IMG/VR virus record: IMGVR_UViG_3300049811_000333
Location: 1 to 64,000 of that record
Length of the DNA stretch: 64,000 nucleotides
Origin: a virus
Reading direction: 5' to 3' (one strand)
The notes beneath the pieces are model-generated. The model had not been told where the DNA came from. It ran no database searches and worked only from the letters and a program-made list of their open reading frames with translations. Shown here piece after piece: positions 27,932 to 37,312 of this stretch (position 1 is its first letter; the number at the start of each line of letters is the position of its first letter). The translations under genes were made by a program, and so were the position numbers.

Positions 27932-28290
27932 GCTCTGGGTGCCTCCCCCAGGAGGAGAAGCCGGACAAAGCGATCCGCCTGCCGGGCCGAGAAGTTCCCC
28001 TTCTCGAAGGTGGCGAGGATGTCGGGGTGCTTCTCCGCGACCGTCAGGAGAGCGGAGCAGAGGTCGTCGAAGTCGACAGTGACGTGCTTACCGTTGGCCC
28101 AGGCCTCGATCTCGAAGGGCGAGCGCCAGAAATCCCGGCAAGCGTAAAAGGGATCAATCGTGTTCAGGCCCTTGATTTTCCGGATCTCCTCGATCCAGTC
28201 CGAGTTCTCGATCCCGACCACAATCAGGTCGGAGAGGGTCTGGGGAGCAAGGGTCGTGAAGGTCGGCCCAGTCGGCTGGTTCATCGTCAA
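27928..28290 (-). CDS. Hypothetical protein
   Basis: 120-aa coupled ORF. Confidence 0.55.
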   Translation of the reverse strand: MTMNQPTGPTFTTLAPQTLSDLIVVGIENSDWIEEIRKIKGLNTIDPFYACRDFWRSPFEIEAWANGKHVTVDFDDLCSALLTVAEKHPDILATFEKGNFSARQADRFVRLLLLGEAPRA

Positions 28291-28407
28291 TCTTCTCTAT
28301 CAGAACAGCATGGTGGGCGTGGTGGGTGCCCCGGAGGTCATCCGAGAGCACCCATCCAGGCGGGACGGGCTTGCCATGAGGTAGGTACTGGACAAGCCCG
28401 CGCTTTC

Positions 28408-28644
28408 TCACAGACGGAGGCCCGTGAGCTCGGACGGCGTCACGCCCAGGGCCTTGGCGGTCCGGAGCACGAAGCTGAGCGAGGGGTTCTTGATGCGGCC
28501 GTTCTCGATGTGCGACAGCACGGCCTGAGGAACCCCGGTCTTCTTGTTGAGGTCGAGTTGGGTCAGACCCCGCTGCTTCCGGAGGGCGCGGATGTTCTTC
28601 GAGATGCGCGCGGCGATCTTGGGGTCGAGGCTTGCACGAATCAT
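28408..28644 (-). CDS. XRE-family HTH regulator
   Basis: NIRALRKQRGLTQ..LSHIENGRIKNPS..AKALGV..SEL. Confidence 0.92.
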   Translation of the reverse strand: MIRASLDPKIAARISKNIRALRKQRGLTQLDLNKKTGVPQAVLSHIENGRIKNPSLSFVLRTAKALGVTPSELTGLRL

Positions 28645-28655
28645 GTGGTCTCCTG

Positions 28656-29738
28656 TTAGGCGGCTTCCGCCAGTTGACGCCATTCGTTCTTGTTGAGCTC
28701 GATGAGCTTGCCGCCCATCACTTCAAACTCGCTGGCTCGATTGTAGTCAGCGAGGTCTTCCGCGGTCCGGGTGATGGCGTTGAACAGCCCATACCGCGTC
28801 AAATCTCCGTTCTGGATCAGGTGCTTAAGGACGGAGCCCTTCTCTTCCTGGGTCCAGCCGAAGGTCTTGGCCGAGAGGTCCACCGTTTGCAGCGGGTCAC
28901 CCTCGATCTTCTGCTGCGCCAGTCCGGCGATCTCGTTGCACGAGGCCTGGAACTTGGCTTCGTCAAAGGCCGCGGTGACTACGTCGCGCAGCTGCGCCCA
29001 GAGCGCGGCGTCGGTGAGCCTCCGGGTCTGCTCGGAGAGCATGGACATGATCTGCTCGCCCAGGTCATGGCGGCTGCCGACGTGGTACTTGCGCATGCCC
29101 TTCTCGGCGAACGTCGCCAGGTTCGTGCAGCCCTTGGTGTAGACCCCGGCCTGAACCGAGAGAGCCCCGGCCCCAACCTCGGAATTCGAGACGATGATCG
29201 CCGGAGACAGCGTGTCGAAGATGGTGTGCGTCCCGTCGCCCCACTTATGGCCAGTCGGGATGTCGCGCATCATCTGCGGGTCCACGGCCTTGATGTAGAG
29301 CCTGGTTTCGGTGAGTTCGCAGGACAGGATCTCCAGCTTCCGGTCCCGCATGATCGGGAGGACAGCGGTGGCCAGGTCGAAGTTCTCCAGCGGCCGGTAG
29401 CGATCCGAGAGCACGGCCCGAGCGTTGCCGTCCAGTGTCCGGATCATGCGCGGCGCCGGGTTCTTCTTGAACCAGACATCGACGTTGGTGGCGAGGAGTG
29501 TCGGCGCCTCGGCACGCATTTTGTCGTAATACTTCTTGGGGATGCCGGTATATTCCGAGATCTGACCATGGGCATGGTTGTTGACGCCGACGTGCTCGCG
29601 CTCGGCGAGCACGAGGCCCATCTTGCCGTCGATGATCTCCGGACGGACGTGCTCGGTTGAGACCACGTAGTCCTTCTTGCTTTCGACTTGCCGCTCCAAT
29701 TCGGTGGCAAGCTCGACAATGCTGCGTCCGCGTTTCAT
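28656..29738 (-). CDS. DUF932-family protein
   Basis: RTLDG.ARAVLSDRY, ISNSEVG.G, CTN.A, H.G, YGL.NAITR.A. Confidence 0.85.
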   Translation of the reverse strand: MKRGRSIVELATELERQVESKKDYVVSTEHVRPEIIDGKMGLVLAEREHVGVNNHAHGQISEYTGIPKKYYDKMRAEAPTLLATNVDVWFKKNPAPRMIRTLDGNARAVLSDRYRPLENFDLATAVLPIMRDRKLEILSCELTETRLYIKAVDPQMMRDIPTGHKWGDGTHTIFDTLSPAIIVSNSEVGAGALSVQAGVYTKGCTNLATFAEKGMRKYHVGSRHDLGEQIMSMLSEQTRRLTDAALWAQLRDVVTAAFDEAKFQASCNEIAGLAQQKIEGDPLQTVDLSAKTFGWTQEEKGSVLKHLIQNGDLTRYGLFNAITRTAEDLADYNRASEFEVMGGKLIELNKNEWRQLAEAA

Positions 29739-29758
29739 AGTGTCTCCTTTGTGTTGAC

Positions 29759-29787
29759 GTTATAGTGCATGCGAAATGAATACGCAA
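29759..29787 (-). promoter_or_regulatory. Sigma70-type promoter
   Basis: TTGCGT-N17-TATAAC on the minus strand. Confidence 0.65.
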
Positions 29788-29792
29788 TAGGC

Positions 29793-30071
29793 CTACCAAT
29801 CGTAGGTGGCGAGGCCTTCAGCGGGATCCGCGTCCTGGTCGAGGCGAACCCAGTGGAAGCCGTGCGTCACGCCCCAGTCGATGACCTTTCTGAGGTCGTC
29901 GGGGCAGGTGTCGTCGGCCGCTTCTGGATTGCAGTAGAGCATCCAGCCATAGGGGCCGCGCATTCCAGACACGGGCCAGTGTGCAGGGTCGCAAGCGTCG
30001 AGCCAATTCGCGGTGCCCTGGCTGATGTGGCCGGTCGAGATGACCGCCGCCGTCATGGTCTCCACTCTCAT
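29793..30071 (-). CDS. Conserved small phage protein (DUF5983-like)
   Basis: ISTGH..YGW..P.DL..W..LD.DA..L.TYDW. Confidence 0.65.
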   Translation of the reverse strand: MRVETMTAAVISTGHISQGTANWLDACDPAHWPVSGMRGPYGWMLYCNPEAADDTCPDDLRKVIDWGVTHGFHWVRLDQDADPAEGLATYDW

Positions 30072-30259
30072 CGCTTGCTCCTGTCGGTGAGGCCGATGAT
30101 GAGTGGCAGGCCAATCAGTGGCGACATCACAAGGGAGATCACGAAGTAGAGGAGGCCGTCACGGCCTTTGCTCACGGCGATGAAGCCGGACACGAGGGAC
30201 CACATCACCCAGAAGTAGAGCAGCGCGATAGCGCTGGCCTGGCCTGTCTCGATCATCAT
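30068..30259 (-). CDS. Small membrane protein
   Basis: IA.SKGR..YF.ISL..SPLIGL. Confidence 0.65.
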   Translation of the reverse strand: MMIETGQASAIALLYFWVMWSLVSGFIAVSKGRDGLLYFVISLVMSPLIGLPLIIGLTDRSKR

Positions 30260-32861
30260 GCGTTTCCTTTCGGCTTGGAGGTTACGGTGAGGACCGTGTC
30301 GAAGGTGGGAACGAGGACTTGGTCGATGAACTTCTTATGCACCTCGCGCTGCATCTCGATGGAGGCCTCCTTGAAAAGGAACTGGATGACGAGATTGAGG
30401 GCGACGGCCAGGGATGTCATGGCCCCAAGTCCATTGGGCGCTAGCGTCATGGCCATGTCGGCAAGAGAGGCCCCGACAGGCAGCGCCTCCTTGGAGGAGG
30501 ACTCAAGGCCCGCAAGTTCCTCCGGCGTGAAATCGAACTCCGTCATGTGATGTCTCCGTAGTTTTTCTTGATTTCATAGCCGAGGCTCCATGAGAGCCGG
30601 TTGGCGTAGGCCTCCGCGGAAGCGAGGGCTTGCGCGAGGCCGTAATCGTCTTCCGGGTCAGACCACGAGAAGACCTGGTCATGTTGTTCGTGGTCTTCGA
30701 GCCCGTCCGGGCTCGCGACATAGACGCAGACGCACTCGCCGACCTTGTCGATGTCGATGTGGATGGTTGCGGTCATTCTTCCTCCCTGTCGACCCACACC
30801 CAGGCGAGGACGTAGGCGCCATTGTCCGAGGGCGAGATCGTTGGCAGGTCATCAATCTCGATGACCCCGTCATCGTTGAATTGCTGGTAGGCCTTCTCGC
30901 GGAAGGCATAGCCCTCCGGCGAGGACATATCCCTGGTGAGGTCCCAGATGATCTTGAGGGCCGGATGATCCTCAGGCAGGTCCTGCACGATGGTGCGCAC
31001 CACGTCGGCGCTGAGGCCGTAGGTGCCAACGGCCGGGATAATGGGCTTCACTTGATTTCCTCCACCTCGTCGAGAGGGTAGATGGTCTCGTCGTATTCGC
31101 GCACGCCTTCGCGTTCCCACTTGCCCTCGTATTTGTAGTCGCGAGCAATGTTGCGGGCTTGTGCGGCGTCGTCGGCCTCAACCTCTGTCGTGTATTCGAC
31201 GTAGGCGTCCTTGAGGCACATCACGCGGAACTTTTTCATTCCCATTCCTCCTCATCTGGGGGTGCTGCGAGCCCGAGAATTTCCTGGGCGCGTGCCTTGT
31301 CGACCTCGAAGGTGACGTGCAGGAGATAGCCTCGCCCGAGGAATTTTTTCTGGCGCTGGACGTGGACGATCTCGATCTCCTTGCCGGTTGCCCAGTCCAC
31401 GAGGTCTTTCGTGTCCTCGAAGGTCCACCAGAGCTTGCCCTTCATGACGCCGCACCCACGGTGAGGGTGTGGCCATCAACGCCGATGGCGACGGTGAAGT
31501 CGGGGGACCCGTCCGGTCCGGCGGCATAGACGGATGCTTCATCCGGCGTCTTCCAGTCCTGGTCTTCGAGCGCGGGCCCGTCCAGGTCATGTTCTGTCGA
31601 GGTGCCGTCCATCCAGAGCAGATGGAGCACGCCATAACACACGTAGTAGCTCCGGACATCGTTCCAGGTCTTGCCCTCTGGAAGCTCCACAGCCTCAGCG
31701 GCGCTGAAGGTGTAGACGGTCTCAACGTAGATGGTTTCCATCAGAAGGCCTCCCAGACGTAGATGCTGTTGCGGGTCCGGAAGCGCACGCGCGTCTCCGT
31801 CTCCTCCAGGATTTCTGTGATGATCGAGGTCTGCCACCAGTCTTGCGCCTGGTAGGTGCGGGCGTAGGGAGAGCCAACGGCGATCCCGTAGCCAACCTTG
31901 GGGCGGGGCCCTTGGTTCTCGGCGTCATCTCCGAACAGGAGGCGAGACATCGGTCCGCTGTCCCCGGCTCCGTCGCCTTCACGGCGTAGGCTGTATCTCA
32001 TTTTGCAATCCTCCGGGCCCTATCGACGAGGTAGTGCAGCCAAGACCGAAGGAGGTCGGTCTCGATCTCATCGGGGTTTAACTTTGCCACCATTTGAACG
32101 AACTCTGTTTCTTCGTTCACGCAGCCTCCTTGTCCCGTTTCCGAGAGGTGACCTGGTCGTATTCCGAAAGCTTGGTGCGGAGGTCCCACCATTCTTGGCC
32201 GTACTCCTGCACCACCTTGTCCTTGTCGATCCCGGACCGCTTCATGCGCGCCACCGTGATCGTGTAGTCGTGGCCGAGAAGCACGGGAACCTGACGGGCG
32301 AGGATCTCTTCGCGGAGTTGCTTCATCCGCTTTTCGAGATCCTTCGCCATCTCGTTGAGGGAGCCGAACTCGTCCGCGAGTTCGGCGATCCCGTAGTTGT
32401 CGAGGGTGTTGGTCATTCCTTCACTCCCTTCAGTTGTTCGATGTGGTCCTTGATGGCCTGCGCGTCGTAGATGCTGAACGCGGAGATGGCATCGTTGAGG
32501 CTGGTTGCTGTCCGCCACCAGACGTTACGAGCCGGGTGTCCGGGCATGAGGCCATCGGGTTCGAGGTCTTCGATCTTGACGCAGATGCTGAGGAGAAGCT
32601 CCCGAGCCCGGAGCGCCTCTTGCGCGAGGCTGATGAGCTTCTTGTATTCGGCAAGGCGTTCGTTGTTCATGGTTTTTCCTCGAAGCAAGGGCAAGTCTCA
32701 GCAAACTCACCGCGCGCATCAATCCGTTCGCGTCGGCACCATTGCCAGGTCAATGGCGTGACAACATCCCAGGTGCATTCGTAGAGGCCGTAGTCGTCCC
32801 AGCCGATGTCCGGATCGCAGAGCGTCTCCCCGACGTGAACGCAGCGAGAGCAATGCTTCAT
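30256..32861 (-). other. Run of ~10 short coupled early ORFs (e.g. 30256-30546, 31048-31245, 31236-31445, 31442-31741, 32117-32416, 32413-32670, 32667-32861)
   Basis: ATGA/TGATG overlaps and GGAG RBSs; no recognisable families. Confidence 0.6.
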
Positions 32862-33014
32862 GGCGCGTCATGCTCCCAGAGAGATTTGACAGGCCCGTAG
32901 ACCTGGTGGTGGTAGCGCCAGTAGAGGCGGGCGAGGCGGTTGAACATGGCGGGGTCTTTCGCGCGCTGTTTCTTGCGGCGGTATTTCCGGAGGCGATGCG
33001 CGGCGCTGGTCATG

Positions 33015-33398
33015 TCATGCTCCGAACCAGAACTGTTGCGCGTACCAGAGGATGGCGTCTTCCTCTTCTTGCGAGACGACAACGTCAGCCCATGGTTTCC
33101 ACCAGTCTTGCCACTGGAGGCGAGCGGTGCAGGGTTCGAGGAATTCGGTGAGTTCGCCGACGATGCGGATCGCCGGGCCTCCGGTGCCAAGGAGGATTTC
33201 GTATTCCTCCGGCAGAGCTTCGTGTTCTTGCCCCGGAGAGAACCAGCCGGTGCGAACCAGTACCGAGAGAGGCTCTTCTTGGACACGCTCTCGGAGATTA
33301 GCCGCGTCCTCGTACTGGCCATCCAGCATGAGGGCGTCGTGCTGCTTGTTGAGTTCGAGGATGCGTTCAGCCGTGCTTCTTCCGATGCACTCCGTCAT
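33015..33398 (-). CDS. Conserved acidic phage protein
   Basis: PLSV.VR.GW..EY.ILL.TGGPA.RI.GEL..LQ.QDW. Confidence 0.7.
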   Translation of the reverse strand: MTECIGRSTAERILELNKQHDALMLDGQYEDAANLRERVQEEPLSVLVRTGWFSPGQEHEALPEEYEILLGTGGPAIRIVGELTEFLEPCTARLQWQDWWKPWADVVVSQEEEDAILWYAQQFWFGA

Positions 33399-33554
33399 GT
33401 TTGCCTCCCTGGATGAGGTGGAAGTTGCCGCGCCGGATGAGGGGGTCATCCGGCGCATAGACATCGCGTCCATCGCGCGACTTCCACAGAATGAAGAGAG
33501 CGCACGCAGCACCTAGCGCCCATGACGTGAGGAGAAAGTAACCGAGCGCAGCGA

Positions 33555-34568
33555 TCATCGTGCGGCCTCGTCAATCTCCTCTTTCGAGAGCTTGTCGGAC
33601 GGGTAGGTCGAGTAGCCGAGCGAGGACCAGATGTGATCCTCGATCTCCTCAGCTGTGACGCCGTTCATCTCCAGGAAGTCCGCGACGTCGTCGGGACGAG
33701 AGCGAGCAAGCTCCCGGAGCCGCGCGAATTGCGATCCCGACGTGAGGGACATCGTCTCGCGATCATACGGGTCAGAAAACCGGGAGTTGTAGCTCCGAAA
33801 GGAATTGTGCCAGCCGTCATCGCCGGGCGTGCGCTCGATGATGAGCGACGAGAGGTCGGCGTTGATGACCGCATCGCGGAGCTTGAAGAGGTATTCCACG
33901 TCGAGGGTCTCGTCTCGCGAGTGCTCGTTGACGAACCCGACCGAGACGTTGGAGCACTCCGCGATGATGTCGGAATAGTTGGCGGTATCCGTGAAGATGC
34001 CGCCGTCGTCCGGCTTGTGATCCATGCCGAGAGCAAACGCGAGGCTCCGGGCGAAGGCGTCCGAGGCCGTCATGCCCCACCCTTGGTGGGTGATGATGGA
34101 CTGGGTCCTGCGCCGGTCGAAGGCGACGGCCGCCTCGATGCCTTGCAAGAGGTGTTGATTGTGCGCGGCGAAATACTTGCTACCGACGCCGCCGGTCTCC
34201 TCCTGGCGGTGGAACACGTAGAGGCCCGGAACCCCGGCAAGGATCATCTCGCGCAGCATCCAGACCCCGGCCGCGTTGTCCGCTCCGAGGCAATTGGACT
34301 CTTTCTCCTCGCGGTGCAGCTTGAGCTTGGTTCCCTTGAGGGCGATGCGTTGCTTGCCAGCGGTGATGTGAACGCTGTCGGTGTGTGCTGACCACAGGAT
34401 GCGAGGGCTGTCCCCGATCTTGAGGTAGCGGTTGCCCTGGTTGTCGCACTCAGCACCCAGTGAGGTGATGAAGCGCTTGATGAAGTCGCGCTCCGAGTTG
34501 GAGCCATGCGGCCTGCGATACAGGAGCATGGCGATGAGCGCTTCGTAGTCCGCGTGTGCGGGTTTCAT
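33555..34568 (-). CDS. M28/M20-clan zinc metallopeptidase-like protein
   Basis: SAHTDSVH, LGADN..G, EE.GG.GS, AFDRR, G.FTD, G...EH..E zinc-ligand motifs. Confidence 0.88.
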   Translation of the reverse strand: MKPAHADYEALIAMLLYRRPHGSNSERDFIKRFITSLGAECDNQGNRYLKIGDSPRILWSAHTDSVHITAGKQRIALKGTKLKLHREEKESNCLGADNAAGVWMLREMILAGVPGLYVFHRQEETGGVGSKYFAAHNQHLLQGIEAAVAFDRRRTQSIITHQGWGMTASDAFARSLAFALGMDHKPDDGGIFTDTANYSDIIAECSNVSVGFVNEHSRDETLDVEYLFKLRDAVINADLSSLIIERTPGDDGWHNSFRSYNSRFSDPYDRETMSLTSGSQFARLRELARSRPDDVADFLEMNGVTAEEIEDHIWSSLGYSTYPSDKLSKEEIDEAAR

Positions 34569-34578
34569 TGTGTCCTTT

Positions 34579-36312
34579 CTAGGCCGCGAGGGCCCTGGCT
34601 AGATCTTCTTTTCGGATCTCATCGGAGAACCGAGAGCGTTCCCATGCGTTCGTGGTGTAGGCGGCAACGATCAAGAGGTCGTGCCAGCTTTTGGAAGGCG
34701 AGAGGTCGCCGTGCAGTCCGGACCAGGCGTCTGCTTCAGACGTGGCAAGGGCTGGCTCTTTCGCGATGTCCGCCTTGTCGTAATACTTGCCGTCGATCTC
34801 GATCCCGTCCTCGCGGAAGGCGAACTCGGACCACGTCTCGCCGTTCTCCATCTCGTAGCTAGGCACGGAGTCATCGACTCTCGCGTCGAGGCGGTCGCAG
34901 TAGTAGGTGTCGCTTTCGATGTGCCACGTTGCCCACATGACCTCCTCGTATCCGCGAGTGCGGGTGCGCGTTCTGACGAGAACCGCGCCCGCCACGTTGT
35001 CGGCGACGTATTCGTCGGACCTGTGGCACCAAGTCGCATGGTCCCCACGGCAGTGGTTGCACCACGTCTCTGACTCGCGCCTGCCGACTGTGACGCAATA
35101 CATATCGTCTTCGTCGTAGCTTTCTTCGCAGCGCTCGCAGGTGCAGCGAGGTCCTGGGTCCTCGCGATTGAGGCCGTGCTGGTAGCAGGCGTCATCGCCG
35201 CTATCGGCGATCACGACCCACTCCGAGTTGACCTCGCGATAAGCCTGGGTGCCGTCGATGTAGGGCATGACGAGGCAGTCATCGTAACGCTCGTCCTCGA
35301 TCCGGCGGATTTTCGCGCCGATGAGGTCGGACCCGTCCGACTCCTCCTGAGTGTAGCCGAGGTCGCCGAGCATCTTCATAATGCGAAGACTGTCGCCGTA
35401 AACCCGGCCGATAGCCTTTTTCTCCGGCCATACGAGAGCGCGCGAGGTGATGCGGTCCTCTTTCTTGAGCCTGAGATAGGCCAGCTGGAGGTCGCTGTTG
35501 CCGTAGACGTGGACGGGGTGGACGCAAGACATATAGACGTCCCGCCTCTTGGACATGCAAGAGCTCGGACCGCGCGTGTAAACGCGCTCGATCTCTTCGG
35601 CCGTGACGGCGAAGCCGAGTTCGTATTCCGCGTAATCCCGGCCCATATCGCCGACGAGGTTGGCGATCACAGGGTCCGAAAGATGCGGGTAGAATTGCTT
35701 GAGATACCGTCCGGGGCGGAGGGTGATCTTGCGGTTGCGTTTCCCGTACTCCTCGCTCGGCGTGTAGGCCACCTTGGTGGGGTCTTGCGTCGAGATGTGC
35801 GCGAAGTGGCCGGGGATGCGGTCGAGGCTGATGTCCCACGGCACCGACGCATACTGGCGCTGGAGCCGGAGGTATTCGCGGGCTTCCCAGTCCATGCGGT
35901 CGCCAACTTCGTGGAAGTTGTTGGCGTGCTCGCGCTCGGAGAACCAGTTCGTTGCCTCGGAATACCGGAGGGCGTGGTAAATCCCGTCATAGGCGGGAGA
36001 CAGGAAGTGCTCCCGCCGCAGGAAGTAGATGGGGTTGACGCACTGGGCGCCGTAGTTGGTGTAGTGGTGCCGCGCCATCTCGCCCGGAAGGGTGAGCATG
36101 GTGTTGCAGTAGCCGAGCATCTTGAAGTGCCTGGTCAGGCCATCGAGGTCAACGTGACGCTCGATGATGTCCGCGACCCCGGAGGGCGAGGGATACCCGT
36201 CCGAGAGAGGGCGATCCCGGAGATCATCCGGGAGAGCCCGGAGCAAGAGGGCCACCCAGTACGCATTGACGGCGTCCTCGTTGGTGAGCTTGGTGTTCTG
36301 GCGGAGTTCCAT
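34579..36312 (-). CDS. 577-aa unknown protein (SCM / RALVW / RVYG / MPYID motifs) with an acidic Cys-rich C-terminus
   Basis: GAGGTG RBS before MELRQN; the longer ORF call overlaps tRNA genes. Confidence 0.8.
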   Translation of the reverse strand: MELRQNTKLTNEDAVNAYWVALLLRALPDDLRDRPLSDGYPSPSGVADIIERHVDLDGLTRHFKMLGYCNTMLTLPGEMARHHYTNYGAQCVNPIYFLRREHFLSPAYDGIYHALRYSEATNWFSEREHANNFHEVGDRMDWEAREYLRLQRQYASVPWDISLDRIPGHFAHISTQDPTKVAYTPSEEYGKRNRKITLRPGRYLKQFYPHLSDPVIANLVGDMGRDYAEYELGFAVTAEEIERVYTRGPSSCMSKRRDVYMSCVHPVHVYGNSDLQLAYLRLKKEDRITSRALVWPEKKAIGRVYGDSLRIMKMLGDLGYTQEESDGSDLIGAKIRRIEDERYDDCLVMPYIDGTQAYREVNSEWVVIADSGDDACYQHGLNREDPGPRCTCERCEESYDEDDMYCVTVGRRESETWCNHCRGDHATWCHRSDEYVADNVAGAVLVRTRTRTRGYEEVMWATWHIESDTYYCDRLDARVDDSVPSYEMENGETWSEFAFREDGIEIDGKYYDKADIAKEPALATSEADAWSGLHGDLSPSKSWHDLLIVAAYTTNAWERSRFSDEIRKEDLARALAA

Positions 36313-36365
36313 ATTCACCTCGTGGTTGCGTGAGAGTATTCCCTGTGTATACACACAAGGCATGA

Positions 36366-36443
36366 TGGCGCCCCTACGAGGGATCGAACCTCGATTTCGC
36401 AGCCGAGCGGCTTCGCGTCCTAGTCCAGTTAGACGATAGGGGC
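36366..36443 (-). tRNA. Atypical tRNA-Glu-like, 8-nt anticodon loop CCGCUCGG
   Basis: Acceptor GCCCCUA/UAGGGGC, D stem GUCU/GGAC, T arm CGAGG-UUCGAUC-CCUCG, G73, encoded CCA. Confidence 0.85.
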
Positions 36444-36450
36444 AGTGAGT

Positions 36451-36528
36451 TGGCCTCGCTTGCGGGAGTCGAACCACGCATTTCGCAGCCGAGAGGCAGC
36501 GCGTCCTATGCCATTAGACGAAAGCGAG
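36451..36528 (-). tRNA. Atypical tRNA-Glu-like, 8-nt loop CCUCUCGG, bulged T stem
   Basis: Acceptor CUCGCUU/AAGCGAG, D stem GUCU/GGAC, GCGUGG-UUCGACU-CCCGC, GCCA. Confidence 0.85.
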
Positions 36529-36535
36529 GAAGGGA

Positions 36536-36787
36536 TTAGAAGTAGAAGTCAGCGGCGAGGCCATTCCCTTGCCAGACTTCCACACGAAACGGCATCGAGG
36601 TGCGCAGGGTGCGCGTGTCTTGATCCTCAAAGGCGAAGTCTGCGAGCTTCGCAGGAGAGCCGCCGTAGTACGCGATGATCGTGGTGTAGTCGCGCGCACA
36701 GCCATCGAACTGGAACGTAAAGTCCTTGAACGAGAGGAAGCCGAGGCGCAGGTCGCCGTACTTCTCAAGCAATTCGTCGCGCGTCAT
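36536..36787 (-). CDS. Hypothetical protein between the tRNA-like genes
   Basis: GGAGG RBS, MTRDELLEKYGD..F..FTF. Confidence 0.65.
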   Translation of the reverse strand: MTRDELLEKYGDLRLGFLSFKDFTFQFDGCARDYTTIIAYYGGSPAKLADFAFEDQDTRTLRTSMPFRVEVWQGNGLAADFYF

Positions 36788-36805
36788 GCGATCCTCCGAG
36801 AGAGT

Positions 36806-36881
36806 TGGCGCCCCTGGCGGGAGTCGAACCGCGCCTTTCACAGCCGAGAAGCCGTATGTCCTGCCACTAGACGACAGGGGC
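36806..36881 (-). tRNA. Atypical tRNA-Glu-like, 8-nt loop CUUCUCGG, bulged T stem
   Basis: Acceptor GCCCCUG/CAGGGGC, D stem GUCU/GGAC, GCGCGG-UUCGACU-CCCGC, GCCA. Confidence 0.85.
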
Positions 36882-36888
36882 ATGAGGG

Positions 36889-37254
36889 TTACGGGGATTT
36901 ACGGAAGTCCACCGCGACGCTGTAGTATCCATTCGAGGAGCCCAGCCAGCGCAAGGTGACGTGCCCCTTGATGGTGCCGAACTTGTAGAAGGTCCACATC
37001 GAGATGCCGTCGATGCCTTCACCTGCGTCTGAGTTCTCCTCAGAGGCTTCGAGGATGGGCGAGCCGATGAGGTCATCGAGCGAGCCGATGGTCTCTTCGA
37101 GGTAAACGCTTTCGCAGCAATCCTGCATGTGGCCCATCCAGTAGAGAGAGCCATCATCGAGGGTGAAGCTAAGGCCATCGCCATCATCCACGATAGAGAC
37201 GATGGTTTTGCCGATGAGGTCAAATACTGGCGTATTTTTCCAGCCGTACTTCAT
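36889..37254 (-). CDS. Conserved phage protein (H.QDCCESV / SNGYYS family)
   Basis: HMQDCCESVYLE..DLIG.PIL.A..WTFY..T.KG.V..RW.G.SNGYYS. Confidence 0.8.
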   Translation of the reverse strand: MKYGWKNTPVFDLIGKTIVSIVDDGDGLSFTLDDGSLYWMGHMQDCCESVYLEETIGSLDDLIGSPILEASEENSDAGEGIDGISMWTFYKFGTIKGHVTLRWLGSSNGYYSVAVDFRKSP

Positions 37255-37267
37255 GCGAGCCTCCGTT

Positions 37268-37312
37268 GTGAGGTTGCTAGGCGGCACGCGAGGTGCCGCC
37301 ACGGAACATCAC
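37268..37312 (-). promoter_or_regulatory. Conserved long intergenic hairpin, copy 1 (possible RNase III-type site)
   Basis: Shares TGAGGTTGCTA..GCGGCAC..GAGG.TGCCGC..GGAAC.TCA with 38164-38209. Confidence 0.55.

Noticed and set aside
36313-36477. N-terminal extension of the 632-aa ORF, and the 36788-36883 extension of its neighbour
   Set aside because: Both overlap tRNA-like genes; RBS-supported starts are at 36312 and 36787.
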